Source: Chlorokybus atmophyticus (taxonomy: Eukaryota; Plantae; Mesostigma and Chlorokybus algae). From it: DNA of 64,000 nucleotides. A model generated the notes under the pieces. That model searched no databases. It had not been told where the DNA came from and was given only the letters and a program-made list of their open reading frames with translations. Position 1 is the first letter of the stretch; each line of letters opens with the position of its first letter. Positions 62,908 to 64,000 of this stretch are shown in pieces. The position numbers and the translations under genes are program-made. Location of the stretch: positions 298,363 through 362,362 of the forward strand of contig RHPI01002503.1 in assembly GCA_009103225.1 (NCBI GenBank), written 5' to 3'.

Positions 62908-64000
62908 TAAGGTGCGGAGTGAGTCTGGTCTGCGGTGACTTCCAAGTATATGTCTGTGAGCACACAGGCTCATGTGTTAGTCAAACTGGCATCGCAATTG
63001 TGTGTGGTGGCCATAAGCACAGTTATTGAATGTGATTGGCGGGTGCTACCGCTGGCTTGATGAGTTGTAAGTAATGTTTGGTGTGGAAAGATTTGGCTAT
63101 GAGTGGCTCATGGCAAGAGAGATTACCGCCCCTACACGTGAAATATACAGTGATGTCAATGTGCCGTGATGACACCATGCAAGGCAAGCACCAAGACTGA
63201 ATGGAATGACTTACACGGAAGCGTGGGTTTGTTAGGCGGAAACTATGACAGGTCATGAAGGGCACATCCCGGCAATAGCACACCACTTGTAGCGCAAGGG
63301 TTAGCACAAGGCCAAAGAAAGCAGGCAACATAGGCAGGCACAGCTCAAAAACCAATACAAAACCTACTCAACTATGACGATGTTCCTCTCTGCTAATGCA
63401 CGCAAGAGCAGAGGCAAGGGTAGGCAGGCAAGACTAGTGGTTGGAACTCTCCGCTCTGGCAGGACACAACAAACAACCATTATGGTCATGAAGTGCGGCT
63501 TGCTTGAAGCTCTCAACACGCTTGTAGCTCAGTAAAGCATACCACATCAGATAACGTACCGCAGAATGGGTGTTGTTTTACAATGTGCGTGGATTGTTAG
63601 ATCAAGTGAAAAGCAATGTTTTGTACTTGTATAATAGAGTGGAATGCCCACCCTCCATGGCTGGTTATAGCGATGGCGCTACGGGGCTGTTGTAGACAGG
63701 ATGGCGCGACATTGTGCGTGTTTTCATTCGTAACACTGAGACTCCATATCAAACTCTATTTACGCATATTTCACATGCGTGTCTACGCATATGAATTATG
63801 CAATTTGCGTAGACAGTGAATGTGTTTGCAATACTATACTCTATGCATAGACAGAGTGCAGTAACATGTTGTTCCGCAGTGCTCTGCAGGTGCTTCCTTT
63901 GCTGCTTGCCGCTACCCCTTCACTCTGCCCCCAGTCCTCCCCCAATTTATAGTGCATTTAGCTATAGCCTAGTGCCCCTCCCCCCCCAATGGAGCCAGTC

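Noticed and set aside
63023-63560. Minus-strand exon-like fragments near the window end
   Set aside because: They could be the 3' end of a gene beyond the window, but nothing was identifiable.

Overview
Eukaryotic nuclear DNA from a photosynthetic green-lineage organism: short GT-AG introns, plastid- and lumen-targeted genes, and the standard code (intact genes end in TAG/TAA and use CAA/CAG for Gln). The Pol IV/V-like gene suggests an early streptophyte alga, which is an inference. I traced these genes exon by exon by eye: ACT-domain alpha-glucan phosphorylase (-), F-box/beta-propeller protein (+), PARP6/8-type ADP-ribosyltransferase fused to a UBE2Q-type E2 (-), thylakoid lumenal 19 kDa PsbP-like protein (+), cyclin H (-), GT2 glycosyltransferase (+), a highly derived RNA polymerase largest subunit (-), THUMP protein (+), NADPH oxidase (+) and the C-terminal half of spatacsin (+). 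The top finding is the polymerase subunit. It keeps NADFDGD but has a degenerate bridge helix and trigger loop, lacks the foot region, has a further funnel deletion and has no heptad CTD, so it looks like an ancestral NRPD1/NRPE1 (Pol IV/V). A 63-bp-arm foldback lies just upstream of it, and more near-perfect hairpins occur elsewhere in the window. Also notable are a decayed three-unit tandem duplication of the F-box / PARP-E2 pair with reciprocal gene loss, and a zinc-finger/coiled-coil/RING pseudogene between inverted repeats. No rRNA, tRNA or CRISPR array was recognised. Exon boundaries and family assignments come from manual reading and remembered motifs, not database searches.
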